Shown: in pieces, positions 8,436 to 16,146 of the stretch
Numbering within the stretch: the stretch's first letter is position 1
How the letters are laid out: each line of letters opens with the position of its first letter
Source: an uncultured Planctomycetales bacterium
Lineage (GTDB): Bacteria; Planctomycetota; Planctomycetia; Pirellulales; JAEUIK01
Assembly (NCBI GenBank): GCA_938003525.1
Contig: CALKYM010000304.1
Coordinates: 29,287-93,286, forward strand
Direction of reading: 5' to 3'
Length of the DNA: 64,000 nucleotides
Position numbers and translations under genes: made by a program
The notes under the pieces: generated by a model
The model's database searches: none
The model's input: only the letters and a program-made list of their open reading frames with translations
Told to the model about the DNA's origin: nothing

Positions 8436-10199
8436 ATGCGAGTCGCGACGTTGTTGTTGAGCCTGTTGGCATGCGTCATGGCGGCTGCGGCTGGTGCGGC
8501 CGAGCGTTTCGAAGTTGGGAGTGGGCTGCCGGACTTTTCGCTCCGCGACTATCGGGGCAAGGTGCACGATCAGGCGAGCTTCGACGAGGCGTCGCTGTTG
8601 GTCGTCGCCTTCTTGGGCAACGATTGTCCCCTGGCCCGGCTCTATGGCCCGCGACTGGCGGCACTGGCCGATGAGTACGCCGCGCAGGGCGTGCGGTTCG
8701 TGGGCGTGAACTCGAACGTCCAGGACACGCCAACGGAGATCGGCGCCTTCGCGCAGCGGTACGGCATCGATTTTCCGCTGTTGAAGGACGCCGGCAATGT
8801 GTTGGCCGATCAACTTTCCGCCCAGCGCGCGCCGGCGGTGCTCGTCTTCGATGCGGATCGAAAACTCCGCTACCGCGGACGCATCGACGATCAATACGGT
8901 GTCGGCTACCAACGTTCCGACGCCACGCGGAACGATTTGGCGACGGCCCTCGACGAGTTACTCGCCGGCCAAGACGTGAGCGTGGCCCAGACCGAAGCGC
9001 CGGGCTGCATCATCGGCCGCGTGCAGAAGATCGAGCCCCGCGGCGATGTGACCTTCAACCGCGACGTGGCGCCGATCCTCAACCGCCGCTGCGTCGAGTG
9101 CCACCGCGAAGGCGAGCTGGCGCCCTTCCCGTTGACCTCCTACGATGAAGTCGTGGGCTGGGGCGAGATGATCTGCGAAGTCGTTTCGCTGGGTCGCATG
9201 CCGCCTTGGTTTGCGAACCCCGAGCACGGCACGTTCTCCAACGATTGCAGCATGAGCGACAACGAGAAGCAGGTGCTGCACGACTGGGTAGCCGGCGGCT
9301 CACCCGAGGGCGAACCGGACGACTTGCCAGCGAGTCCCGAGTTCGTCACCGGCTGGAACATCGGTGAACCCGACGCGGTGTACACCATGCCCGAGCCGTT
9401 CGACGTGCCGGCCGAAGGCGTCATCGACTACCAATACTTTCTCATCGACCCGGGCTTCGAGGAAGACGTTTGGGTGAGCGCGGCCGAGGCGCGGCCCGAC
9501 AATACGGCCGTCGTGCATCACATCGTGTTGTTTGCCGCGCCGTCGAACTTCGACGTCGATCGGGCCGCCCAGAATGGCGGCCCTGCCGGCGGTCAGATGG
9601 TGGCCATCTACGCGCCGGGCATGCGTCCCTGGCAATATCCCGAAGGTACGGCGATGAAGATCCGCAAGGGCGCCAAGTTCGTCGTGCAGATGCACTACAC
9701 CTCCTGCGGCACTCCCCAAACCGACCAGAGCTACGTCGGGCTCAACTTCGTGGATGAATCCGAGGTGCGGAAGCGGATTCGCTACGGCATGGCGATCAAC
9801 TTTCAGTTCGAGATCCCCCCGGGCGCGGACAACCATATCGTGACGTCGAAGTCGACCATGCGCCGCGATACGACACTGCTGCAGTTGTTCCCGCACATGC
9901 ACTATCGTGGCAAGGCGTTCCGCTTCGAGGCGCACTATCCCGACGGAACACAGGAGGTTCTGCTCGACGTGCCGCACTACGACTTCAATTGGCAATTGCG
10001 GTACGACCTGGCCGAACCCAAGCATCTGCCCCGCGGCACCGAGTTGCACTGCACGGCCGTGTACGACAATTCGGAAGAAAATCTCGTCAATCCCGATCCG
10101 GACGAGACGGTCCGCTTTGGTCTGCAGTCTTTCGAAGAGATGATGGTCGGCTACTACACCTCCGTGCGGACCTACGAAGATCTCACGCAGGATGAGTAG
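8436..10199 (+). CDS. Secreted three-domain redox protein: redoxin (AhpC/TSA-like) + heme-c (CxxCH) domain + PHM/DBH-like copper type II monooxygenase core
   Basis: GAGGAG lies upstream of ATG 8436, with signal peptide MRVATLLLSLLACVMAAAAGAA. Redoxin block: LLVVAFLGNDCPLARLY..VRFVGVNSN. Heme-c domain: FNRDVAPILNRRCVECHRE (nt 9090-9104) ..GRMPPW. Cu-ligand-like set: VVHHIVLF (9516-9521), QMHY (9693-9695), HMHYRG (9894-9902), EEMM (10140-10145). Confidence 0.85.
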   Translation: MRVATLLLSLLACVMAAAAGAAERFEVGSGLPDFSLRDYRGKVHDQASFDEASLLVVAFLGNDCPLARLYGPRLAALADEYAAQGVRFVGVNSNVQDTPTEIGAFAQRYGIDFPLLKDAGNVLADQLSAQRAPAVLVFDADRKLRYRGRIDDQYGVGYQRSDATRNDLATALDELLAGQDVSVAQTEAPGCIIGRVQKIEPRGDVTFNRDVAPILNRRCVECHREGELAPFPLTSYDEVVGWGEMICEVVSLGRMPPWFANPEHGTFSNDCSMSDNEKQVLHDWVAGGSPEGEPDDLPASPEFVTGWNIGEPDAVYTMPEPFDVPAEGVIDYQYFLIDPGFEEDVWVSAAEARPDNTAVVHHIVLFAAPSNFDVDRAAQNGGPAGGQMVAIYAPGMRPWQYPEGTAMKIRKGAKFVVQMHYTSCGTPQTDQSYVGLNFVDESEVRKRIRYGMAINFQFEIPPGADNHIVTSKSTMRRDTTLLQLFPHMHYRGKAFRFEAHYPDGTQEVLLDVPHYDFNWQLRYDLAEPKHLPRGTELHCTAVYDNSEENLVNPDPDETVRFGLQSFEEMMVGYYTSVRTYEDLTQDE

Positions 10200-11403
10200 C
10201 GCGAGGGCGGAGACATTGGAGTTTCCGCCGCCCGGAGAGGTGCTGCGTCGAAGCCGTGTTGCGCTTTCTGCGTTTGCCCTCAGCGCTTGCGCGGCGCTTG
10301 TATTGTGCGGCTCGTCGAGCAACGCCGCCGAACTCGATGCGCGGCATGTCGACGTCTACCGCGTGCCGGGGCGATTTGGCGGCTGGCCTGCCAACCACGG
10401 CATGTGGTCGTGGGGCGATGAGCTGTTGGTGGGCTTTAGCGCCGGTTACTTCAAGGACAATGGCCCCCACAGCCACGCCATCGATCGCCAGCGTCCTGAA
10501 GAACACCTGCTGGCCCGGAGTCGCGACGGCGGTCAGACGTGGTCTATCGAAGACCCATCGAAGCAGGGCATGCTGATCCCCAGGGGCGAAGCGCTGCACG
10601 GCGCTACGCCACCGCATCTGGTCGGCAAGGAACGGCCGTTGCCGCCCGAGCGAATCGACTTCGCGCATCCCGATCTCGCGCTCGCGGCACGGATGACGAA
10701 TGCTCGCGGGGGCGAATCCCGGTTGTTCTACTCCTACGATCGCGGCCGCATATGGCGCGGTCCGTTTCTGCTGCCGGACTTCGATCAGGGGGGCACAGCA
10801 CCGCGCACCGATTACGTCGTCCTCGACTCAGATACCTGCCTGCTGTTTCTGGCGGCTGCCGAAGCGCAGCGCGGCGTGATGCGTTCCATGTGTGCGCGCA
10901 GCGACGATGACGGTTTGACGTGGCAATTTCATTCGTGGATCGGTCCCGAACTCGCAGGTTCCGGCATCATGCCTTCGACCGTGCGGCTCGAAGCGGACCG
11001 ACTGTTGACGCTCGTTCGTCGACGCCACGGCGAGCGGCGCTGGATCGACGCGTTCGCTTCGCCCGATCTCGGGCGGAGCTGGGAGATGCTTGACCCGCCC
11101 GTCGCCGATGCCGGCGAAGGCAATCCGCCGTGCCTGATTCGCTTGCACGATGGACGTTTGTGCCTGACGTATGGCTATCGGGCGGAACCTTACGGCATCC
11201 TCGCGCGCTTCAGTGCGGACGACGGCCGATCGTGGAGCGACTCGATTCAGCTACGACCGGCCGGCGGACGCGACATCGGCTATTGCCGCAGCGCGCAACG
11301 CGAAGATGGCCGCGTGGTCACGATCTACTACATGCATGAAAAGCTGCTCGGCGACCGCTTCATCGCCGCGACGATTTGGGATCCGACTTCGCTGGCTGAT
11401 TGA
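10192..11403 (+). CDS. BNR (Asp-box) repeat sialidase-like / exo-alpha-sialidase family protein
   Basis: Four Asp-box repeats: SRDGGQTW, SDDDGLTW, SPDLGRSW, SADDGRSW. N-terminal signal-like segment VALSAFALSACAALVLCGSSSNA. The ATG at 10192 overlaps the upstream stop by 8 nt (ATGAGTAG). Confidence 0.8.
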   Translation: MSSARAETLEFPPPGEVLRRSRVALSAFALSACAALVLCGSSSNAAELDARHVDVYRVPGRFGGWPANHGMWSWGDELLVGFSAGYFKDNGPHSHAIDRQRPEEHLLARSRDGGQTWSIEDPSKQGMLIPRGEALHGATPPHLVGKERPLPPERIDFAHPDLALAARMTNARGGESRLFYSYDRGRIWRGPFLLPDFDQGGTAPRTDYVVLDSDTCLLFLAAAEAQRGVMRSMCARSDDDGLTWQFHSWIGPELAGSGIMPSTVRLEADRLLTLVRRRHGERRWIDAFASPDLGRSWEMLDPPVADAGEGNPPCLIRLHDGRLCLTYGYRAEPYGILARFSADDGRSWSDSIQLRPAGGRDIGYCRSAQREDGRVVTIYYMHEKLLGDRFIAATIWDPTSLAD

Positions 11404-11542
11404 CTTCGGTCTGCAGGCCGCGTTAGACGTGCTACCCGACCTGACATCCGGCCGCGCTGGCGTGTTCGCGCGGCGAGCACTACACTCGGAAAGAGTGTCG
11501 CTGCCTTTGCGCGACTCGTTTCTTTTTCGTTCGGCGTAAGAA

Positions 11543-13105
11543 ATGTCTGCAGCAAACCATGCCGATGCTGAACGCTTCGACGTGGCCGTCATCGGTGGGG
11601 GCTGCGTGGGGACGGCCGTGGCCATGTTCGCGGCGCGGGCTGGACTGCGAACGGCGCTGTTGGAACGAGACGACTTTGGCGCGGGCACGACATCGGCTTC
11701 GACCGAACTGATCCACGGGGGGCTGCAGTACCTGTTCCGGCTGAAGCTGGGAATCGTTCGCCAGTCGAACGAGTACGCCCGGCGGATTCACGATTCCGCC
11801 GCCCATTTGTGCCGCCCAGTGCCGATCGTCGTGCCGGCTTATCGCGGCGGGCCGATTCCGCAGGCGGCGTTTCGCATCTTCATGGCGCTGTACGAGCGCT
11901 ACAACCGCCGCTACAAACATGCTCCGCCGGCGCGGCGCTTGAGCGCGGATGAGATCGTCGAGCGCGTGCCGGGCATTCGCAGCAACGGGCTCCTAGGCGG
12001 CGTTGAGTATTACGAGTGGTGGATCGATGCGGCGCGAATGTGCTTGGCCAATGCCCGATATGCCGCTGAACAAGGCGCCGACGTTCGCAATCACACCAAC
12101 GTGGCAAACATCGAGCCAACCGGCGATGGTGGGTTTCGCCTGGAGATCGAAGACCGCCGCACCCGGCAAACCGGCGCACTGCACGCCCGGGTGGTGATCA
12201 ACGCCACGGGGCCCTGGACGGATCGCATCTGCCGCATGGTCGGACTGGCCGACTCGCGGCGGATTCGGCCCACGCGCGGCGCGCACGTTTTTGTGCCCAA
12301 GCTGGGCGACGTGGGGTTGCTGGTGCACTTTGTCGATGGGCGCTTCGGCATCATCGTGCCCCGCGGCCCGTTGAGCATGATCGGCACGACCGACGACGAC
12401 TACTACGGCGATCTCGACTCGATGCAGGCTACTGAAGATGAGATTGGCTACCTGCTCGACGGCGCGCGGCATGTGCTACCCGGCGCCGATCTCGATCATG
12501 TCGTCGACACCAAAGTCGGCGTGCGACCCACGATCTATCAGTACGGCAAAAACGAAGACAAAGTGTCGCGCAACCACCGCGTCGAGCAGTTGAGCGATGC
12601 CGACATGCCGGGCTTCTTCTCGATCTATGGTGGCAAACTCGCCACCCACACGCGGATGGCCGAAGACGTGCTCGCTGCGGTCGGCGAATACCTCGGTCGA
12701 TCGATCGAGGCTCCCGCCGACTATCGCCTACCGGGCGCGCCGCAAGGAGAGTTGGAGTCGCTATTGGCTGAAGTTTCCGCCATCGCGGCTCGCAGCGGCT
12801 GCGAAGAGGCGGCCGTCGAGAGTCTCATGCGGCGCTACGGCACGCGCTACGACGCCGTGCTGCGGATCGTGCAGGAGCGACCCGAGCTGGGCGAGAATCT
12901 CTGTCGCTGTCAACGCGATGGCGCGCCCGCTCAATACGTGCTCGCCGCCGAAGTCGAGTACGGCCGCCAGCAGGAATGGGTGCATACGCCCGCTGACATC
13001 GGCCGCCGCACGGGACTCGGAGTGGGCGAGTGTCGCCAGAACGGCTGTCTCGATCGCGCCGCGCGGCTGCTTGAACAGACCCCAGACGCGTTGCTCTCGC
13101 GCTAA
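11543..13105 (+). CDS. FAD-dependent glycerol-3-phosphate dehydrogenase (GlpA/GlpD family) with C-terminal BFD-like Cys motif
   Basis: FDVAVIGGGCVGTAVAMFAARAG dinucleotide fold. STELIHGGLQYL is typical of G3P dehydrogenases. C-terminal NLCRCQ....RRTGLGVGECRQNGC resembles the BFD-like [2Fe-2S] tail of anaerobic GlpA. Confidence 0.85.
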   Translation: MSAANHADAERFDVAVIGGGCVGTAVAMFAARAGLRTALLERDDFGAGTTSASTELIHGGLQYLFRLKLGIVRQSNEYARRIHDSAAHLCRPVPIVVPAYRGGPIPQAAFRIFMALYERYNRRYKHAPPARRLSADEIVERVPGIRSNGLLGGVEYYEWWIDAARMCLANARYAAEQGADVRNHTNVANIEPTGDGGFRLEIEDRRTRQTGALHARVVINATGPWTDRICRMVGLADSRRIRPTRGAHVFVPKLGDVGLLVHFVDGRFGIIVPRGPLSMIGTTDDDYYGDLDSMQATEDEIGYLLDGARHVLPGADLDHVVDTKVGVRPTIYQYGKNEDKVSRNHRVEQLSDADMPGFFSIYGGKLATHTRMAEDVLAAVGEYLGRSIEAPADYRLPGAPQGELESLLAEVSAIAARSGCEEAAVESLMRRYGTRYDAVLRIVQERPELGENLCRCQRDGAPAQYVLAAEVEYGRQQEWVHTPADIGRRTGLGVGECRQNGCLDRAARLLEQTPDALLSR

Positions 13106-13122
13106 GTTATCGAAAAGCCGCC

Positions 13123-14856
13123 ATGCCTCCGATCCGCAATCGTCGACTGTGTCGCCACGATGGCTGGGGTCGCGCCAGCGACGCCATGCGGCTCGATGAT
13201 CGCCCGCAGTTGAAAGCCTATCTCGACGAGCGACTCGGCCGCTTGCCCACGGCCCGAGAAGCGCCACCGCGTACCGCGTTCGCCGTGGAACCGAGCCGCA
13301 TTCCCGACGAAGCACAGCGGGCGCTGGTCGATGGTCTGGGCGCGGACGCGGTTTCTCTCGACGACGACGATCGCGTGGGCCATTCACTGGGCCGCAGCTA
13401 TCGCGACTTGTTGCGCATCTGGTCGGGGCGGCTCGATGTCGTCACGGATGCGGTTGTCTACCCGGCGAACGAAGACCAGGTGGCGCTCGTTCTCCAGATC
13501 GCCGCCGCACACGATTTGGCCGTCGTCCCGTTTGGCGGAGGGACGAGCGTTGTCGGCGGCGTTGATCCCTGGAGCGGCGATCATCGCGCGGTCATCACGC
13601 TCGACACCATGCGCCTCGACCACGTCGAAATCGACGAAACGGCCCTGTTGGCCGACATCGGTGCCGGGGCCCTCGGTCCGGATCTCGAGCGAGCACTCAA
13701 TGCGCGCGGCTTCACGCTGGGCCACTTTCCGCAATCGTTCGAGTTTTCCACCTTCGGCGGCTGGGTGGCCACGCGAGGGGCGGGGCAGCAATCGACCCGC
13801 TACGGCAAGATTGAGAAGATGATTCAGTCGGTGCGGCTGGTCGCACCGGGCGGTGCCGTGCAAACCCGCAACGTGCCGGCCACCGCCGCGGGTCCGAGTC
13901 TGGTTGCGCAACTTGTCGGTTCCGAGGGCACGCTGGGCGTCATTACGTCGGCCGCCGCGCGGATTCGCCGCCGTCCGGCAGTGAAGCAGTTCGCCACGTT
14001 TTTTCTGCCGGATTTCGAGCGGGGTTCGACGCTGTTGCGCGAACTGGAACAGGCTGAACTGCCGCTTTCGGTCGTGCGGCTTTCGGACGCCGAGGAGACT
14101 CGGTTCCTGTTGAGGGCATCTGAAGACGGTCCCTCGTCGCTGATCACGCGGATCGGCAAGTCGTTCGTCGAGCGGCTGATGCGGCAGCGCAGGTTCCGCG
14201 AGTCGGAAACCTGTATCGCGCTGCTGAGCCTGGAAGGAGAAGCGAAGGCCGTGAAGGCGGCCTTGCGACAAGTGCGGAAGATCGGCAAACGGGTCGGCGG
14301 CATCTACGTCGGCTCGGGGCCCGGCCGCAAGTGGGAGAAGGATCGCTTTCGCCACCCCTACCTGCGCGACGAACTGCTCGCCCGGCAGATTATGGTCGAC
14401 ACGCTGGAGACGGCGACGACTTGGTCGAACCTGCCGCAGCTCTATCGCGGTGTGCGCGAGGCGATTGAACGAGTAATGGGCCAAGCCGGTCAGGCTGGCA
14501 TCGTGCTCTGCCACCTCTCGCACGTTTATCCAACCGGGTCGTCGCTCTACTACACGTTCTTTGCTCCACAAGTGGCCGGCGAAGAGTTGGCGCAATGGGA
14601 GCACGTGAAGCGGGCCGCCACCGAGGCCATCATCGCCGGCGGCGGGACGTTGACGCATCACCACGGCATCGGCAACGAACATCTGCCCCTCTCGGCCGAA
14701 CATGGTGCGGCAGGAGTGGCTGCGCTCTCGGCGTCCAAGGATGCGCTCGATCCGCGCGGCATCATGAATCCCGGCAAGCTGCTCGTCGAAGAACGTCCCC
14801 CGCTGGAGAAAAGCAATCGCCAGGAAATGCCGTCCGCCCAGACGCGCACGGCGTAG
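13123..14856 (+). CDS. Alkyldihydroxyacetonephosphate synthase (AGPS)-like FAD-linked oxidase
   Basis: Starts 17 nt after the previous gene. N-terminal extension then DDRVGHSLGRSYRDLLRIWSGRLDVVTDAVVYPANEDQV..VVPFGGGTSVVGGV. Later blocks: GHFPQSFEFSTFGGWVATRGAGQQSTRYGKIEKM, CHLSHVYPTGSSLYYTF, GGTLTHHHGIG. These blocks match, block for block, the eukaryotic AGPS pattern as I remember it. Confidence 0.8.
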   Translation: MPPIRNRRLCRHDGWGRASDAMRLDDRPQLKAYLDERLGRLPTAREAPPRTAFAVEPSRIPDEAQRALVDGLGADAVSLDDDDRVGHSLGRSYRDLLRIWSGRLDVVTDAVVYPANEDQVALVLQIAAAHDLAVVPFGGGTSVVGGVDPWSGDHRAVITLDTMRLDHVEIDETALLADIGAGALGPDLERALNARGFTLGHFPQSFEFSTFGGWVATRGAGQQSTRYGKIEKMIQSVRLVAPGGAVQTRNVPATAAGPSLVAQLVGSEGTLGVITSAAARIRRRPAVKQFATFFLPDFERGSTLLRELEQAELPLSVVRLSDAEETRFLLRASEDGPSSLITRIGKSFVERLMRQRRFRESETCIALLSLEGEAKAVKAALRQVRKIGKRVGGIYVGSGPGRKWEKDRFRHPYLRDELLARQIMVDTLETATTWSNLPQLYRGVREAIERVMGQAGQAGIVLCHLSHVYPTGSSLYYTFFAPQVAGEELAQWEHVKRAATEAIIAGGGTLTHHHGIGNEHLPLSAEHGAAGVAALSASKDALDPRGIMNPGKLLVEERPPLEKSNRQEMPSAQTRTA

Positions 14857-14995
14857 CGCTGCACTAGTGCTCCGTCAACGCGTAATCTTCGGGTACGAGT
14901 TGTCCGGCGGAGCACTACCATGTTGCCTGCGCCAAAGCACTTGCGTCTTTGGCGAACGTTTCGCGTCGGTGCGAATGAATCGGGCTGACGCTCCA

Positions 14996-15898
14996 CTAGG
15001 CGCTGGGCGGCGCGATCAGCCGGATGCGGCCGGGTTCGATCTCGCAGCTCACCGCCACCCGAGGCACTAGATCTCCGTCGAAGCAGATCTCGGCCGGGAT
15101 CTCCGTCTCGAACTCGACGCGCCGGCAACTGCGATACAGCGACTTCGGGTGATGGATGTGCGTGCCCTTGCGCAACGAAGCAAAGTTGCGGACGATCTCG
15201 CGGCGGCTTACGCCGGAAACGGCGTAAATGTGGAACTGCCCATCGTCCATCTTCGCGTCGGGAGCCACGGGCATGCCATCGCCGAAGTAGGCCGTACTGC
15301 ACACGGCGAGCAGGTGCAGTCGCTCGAGGCCGTAGACGTCGCCGTCGACGTTTAGCCGCACGTCGTAGGGGCGATAGCGGAGCAGAGCGCGGAGCGCTCC
15401 CACGTCGTAGGCACGTTTGGGGCTCAGCTTTCTCAGCCAGCGCGGCACGAAAACGACTGACGCCGCCGCGATGCCGAAGCTGGCTTCGGTAATGAACCGC
15501 AGTTGGCTGCCGTCGGTGAAGGTCACCTTGCCGAGATCGATCGGTACGCTCTCAGTCGCCGCCAACAATTGGCCAAGTTCAAGCGGATAGCCGGGCGCGG
15601 CTTTGACGAAATCGCAGGCACTGCCCCCGGGCAAAGGACCGATGGCAATGTCGGCATCGAGCGCGCCGTTGACGACGTCCATCAGCAGTCCGTCTCCGCC
15701 AACGACGATCAACTTGTCGAAGTCGGCGGCGTGCTGCCGGCAATAGTCGCCCGCGTGGCCGCCGTACTGGGTTTCGAGCAACACGACCTGCTGGTCGTCG
15801 ACGGCAGCCTGAATCTGGTCGCGCACGCGCGAGCGGTGCAGGCTCACGCCGTGTGGATTCACGATGACCAGCGTGCGTCCGACGATCGGTTGCGTCAC
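14996..15898 (-). CDS. Diacylglycerol-kinase-family lipid kinase (YegS/BmrU-like)
   Basis: GTG start. LVIVNPHG opening. KLIVVGGDGLLMDVVNG is the GGDG catalytic-domain motif. 300 aa, the typical size. Confidence 0.8.
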   Translation of the reverse strand: MTQPIVGRTLVIVNPHGVSLHRSRVRDQIQAAVDDQQVVLLETQYGGHAGDYCRQHAADFDKLIVVGGDGLLMDVVNGALDADIAIGPLPGGSACDFVKAAPGYPLELGQLLAATESVPIDLGKVTFTDGSQLRFITEASFGIAAASVVFVPRWLRKLSPKRAYDVGALRALLRYRPYDVRLNVDGDVYGLERLHLLAVCSTAYFGDGMPVAPDAKMDDGQFHIYAVSGVSRREIVRNFASLRKGTHIHHPKSLYRSCRRVEFETEIPAEICFDGDLVPRVAVSCEIEPGRIRLIAPPSA

Positions 15899-16146
15899 CT
15901 ACAAGCCTCGTCAACATCGACCGCGTCGGCGCATCTTCGCCGCGCCAACGCCAGAAGTCATGCTCGGCGTCATTGTGGCGGGGTGAACTGCGAGCAACCA
16001 GTGGACTGTCGGGGACTAATGCGATTCAAGCGTCGGCGAGTTGTATCGGGTGTCCGGCTGGTTCATATTTTCACGGGGTGCTACGTGCGGTCGTCAGCGA
16101 TAGCGCAGCACTTGGCAAATCATCTCGCAAACGACGTAGGATCGCC

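Noticed and set aside
13384-14703. 439-aa minus-strand ORF
   Set aside because: It is antisense to the AGPS-like gene, whose translation matches the family block for block. Shadow ORF. The same reasoning rejects 58708..60045, 24383..25675, 16159..17424, 17467..18594, 7740..8912, 48195..49346, 9300..10322, 19417..20451 and 42708..43778.
15973-16146. Upstream extension of the hydrolase-nitrilase ORF
   Set aside because: The extension has no signal peptide or motif. The internal ATG 16147 immediately yields a classical signal peptide.
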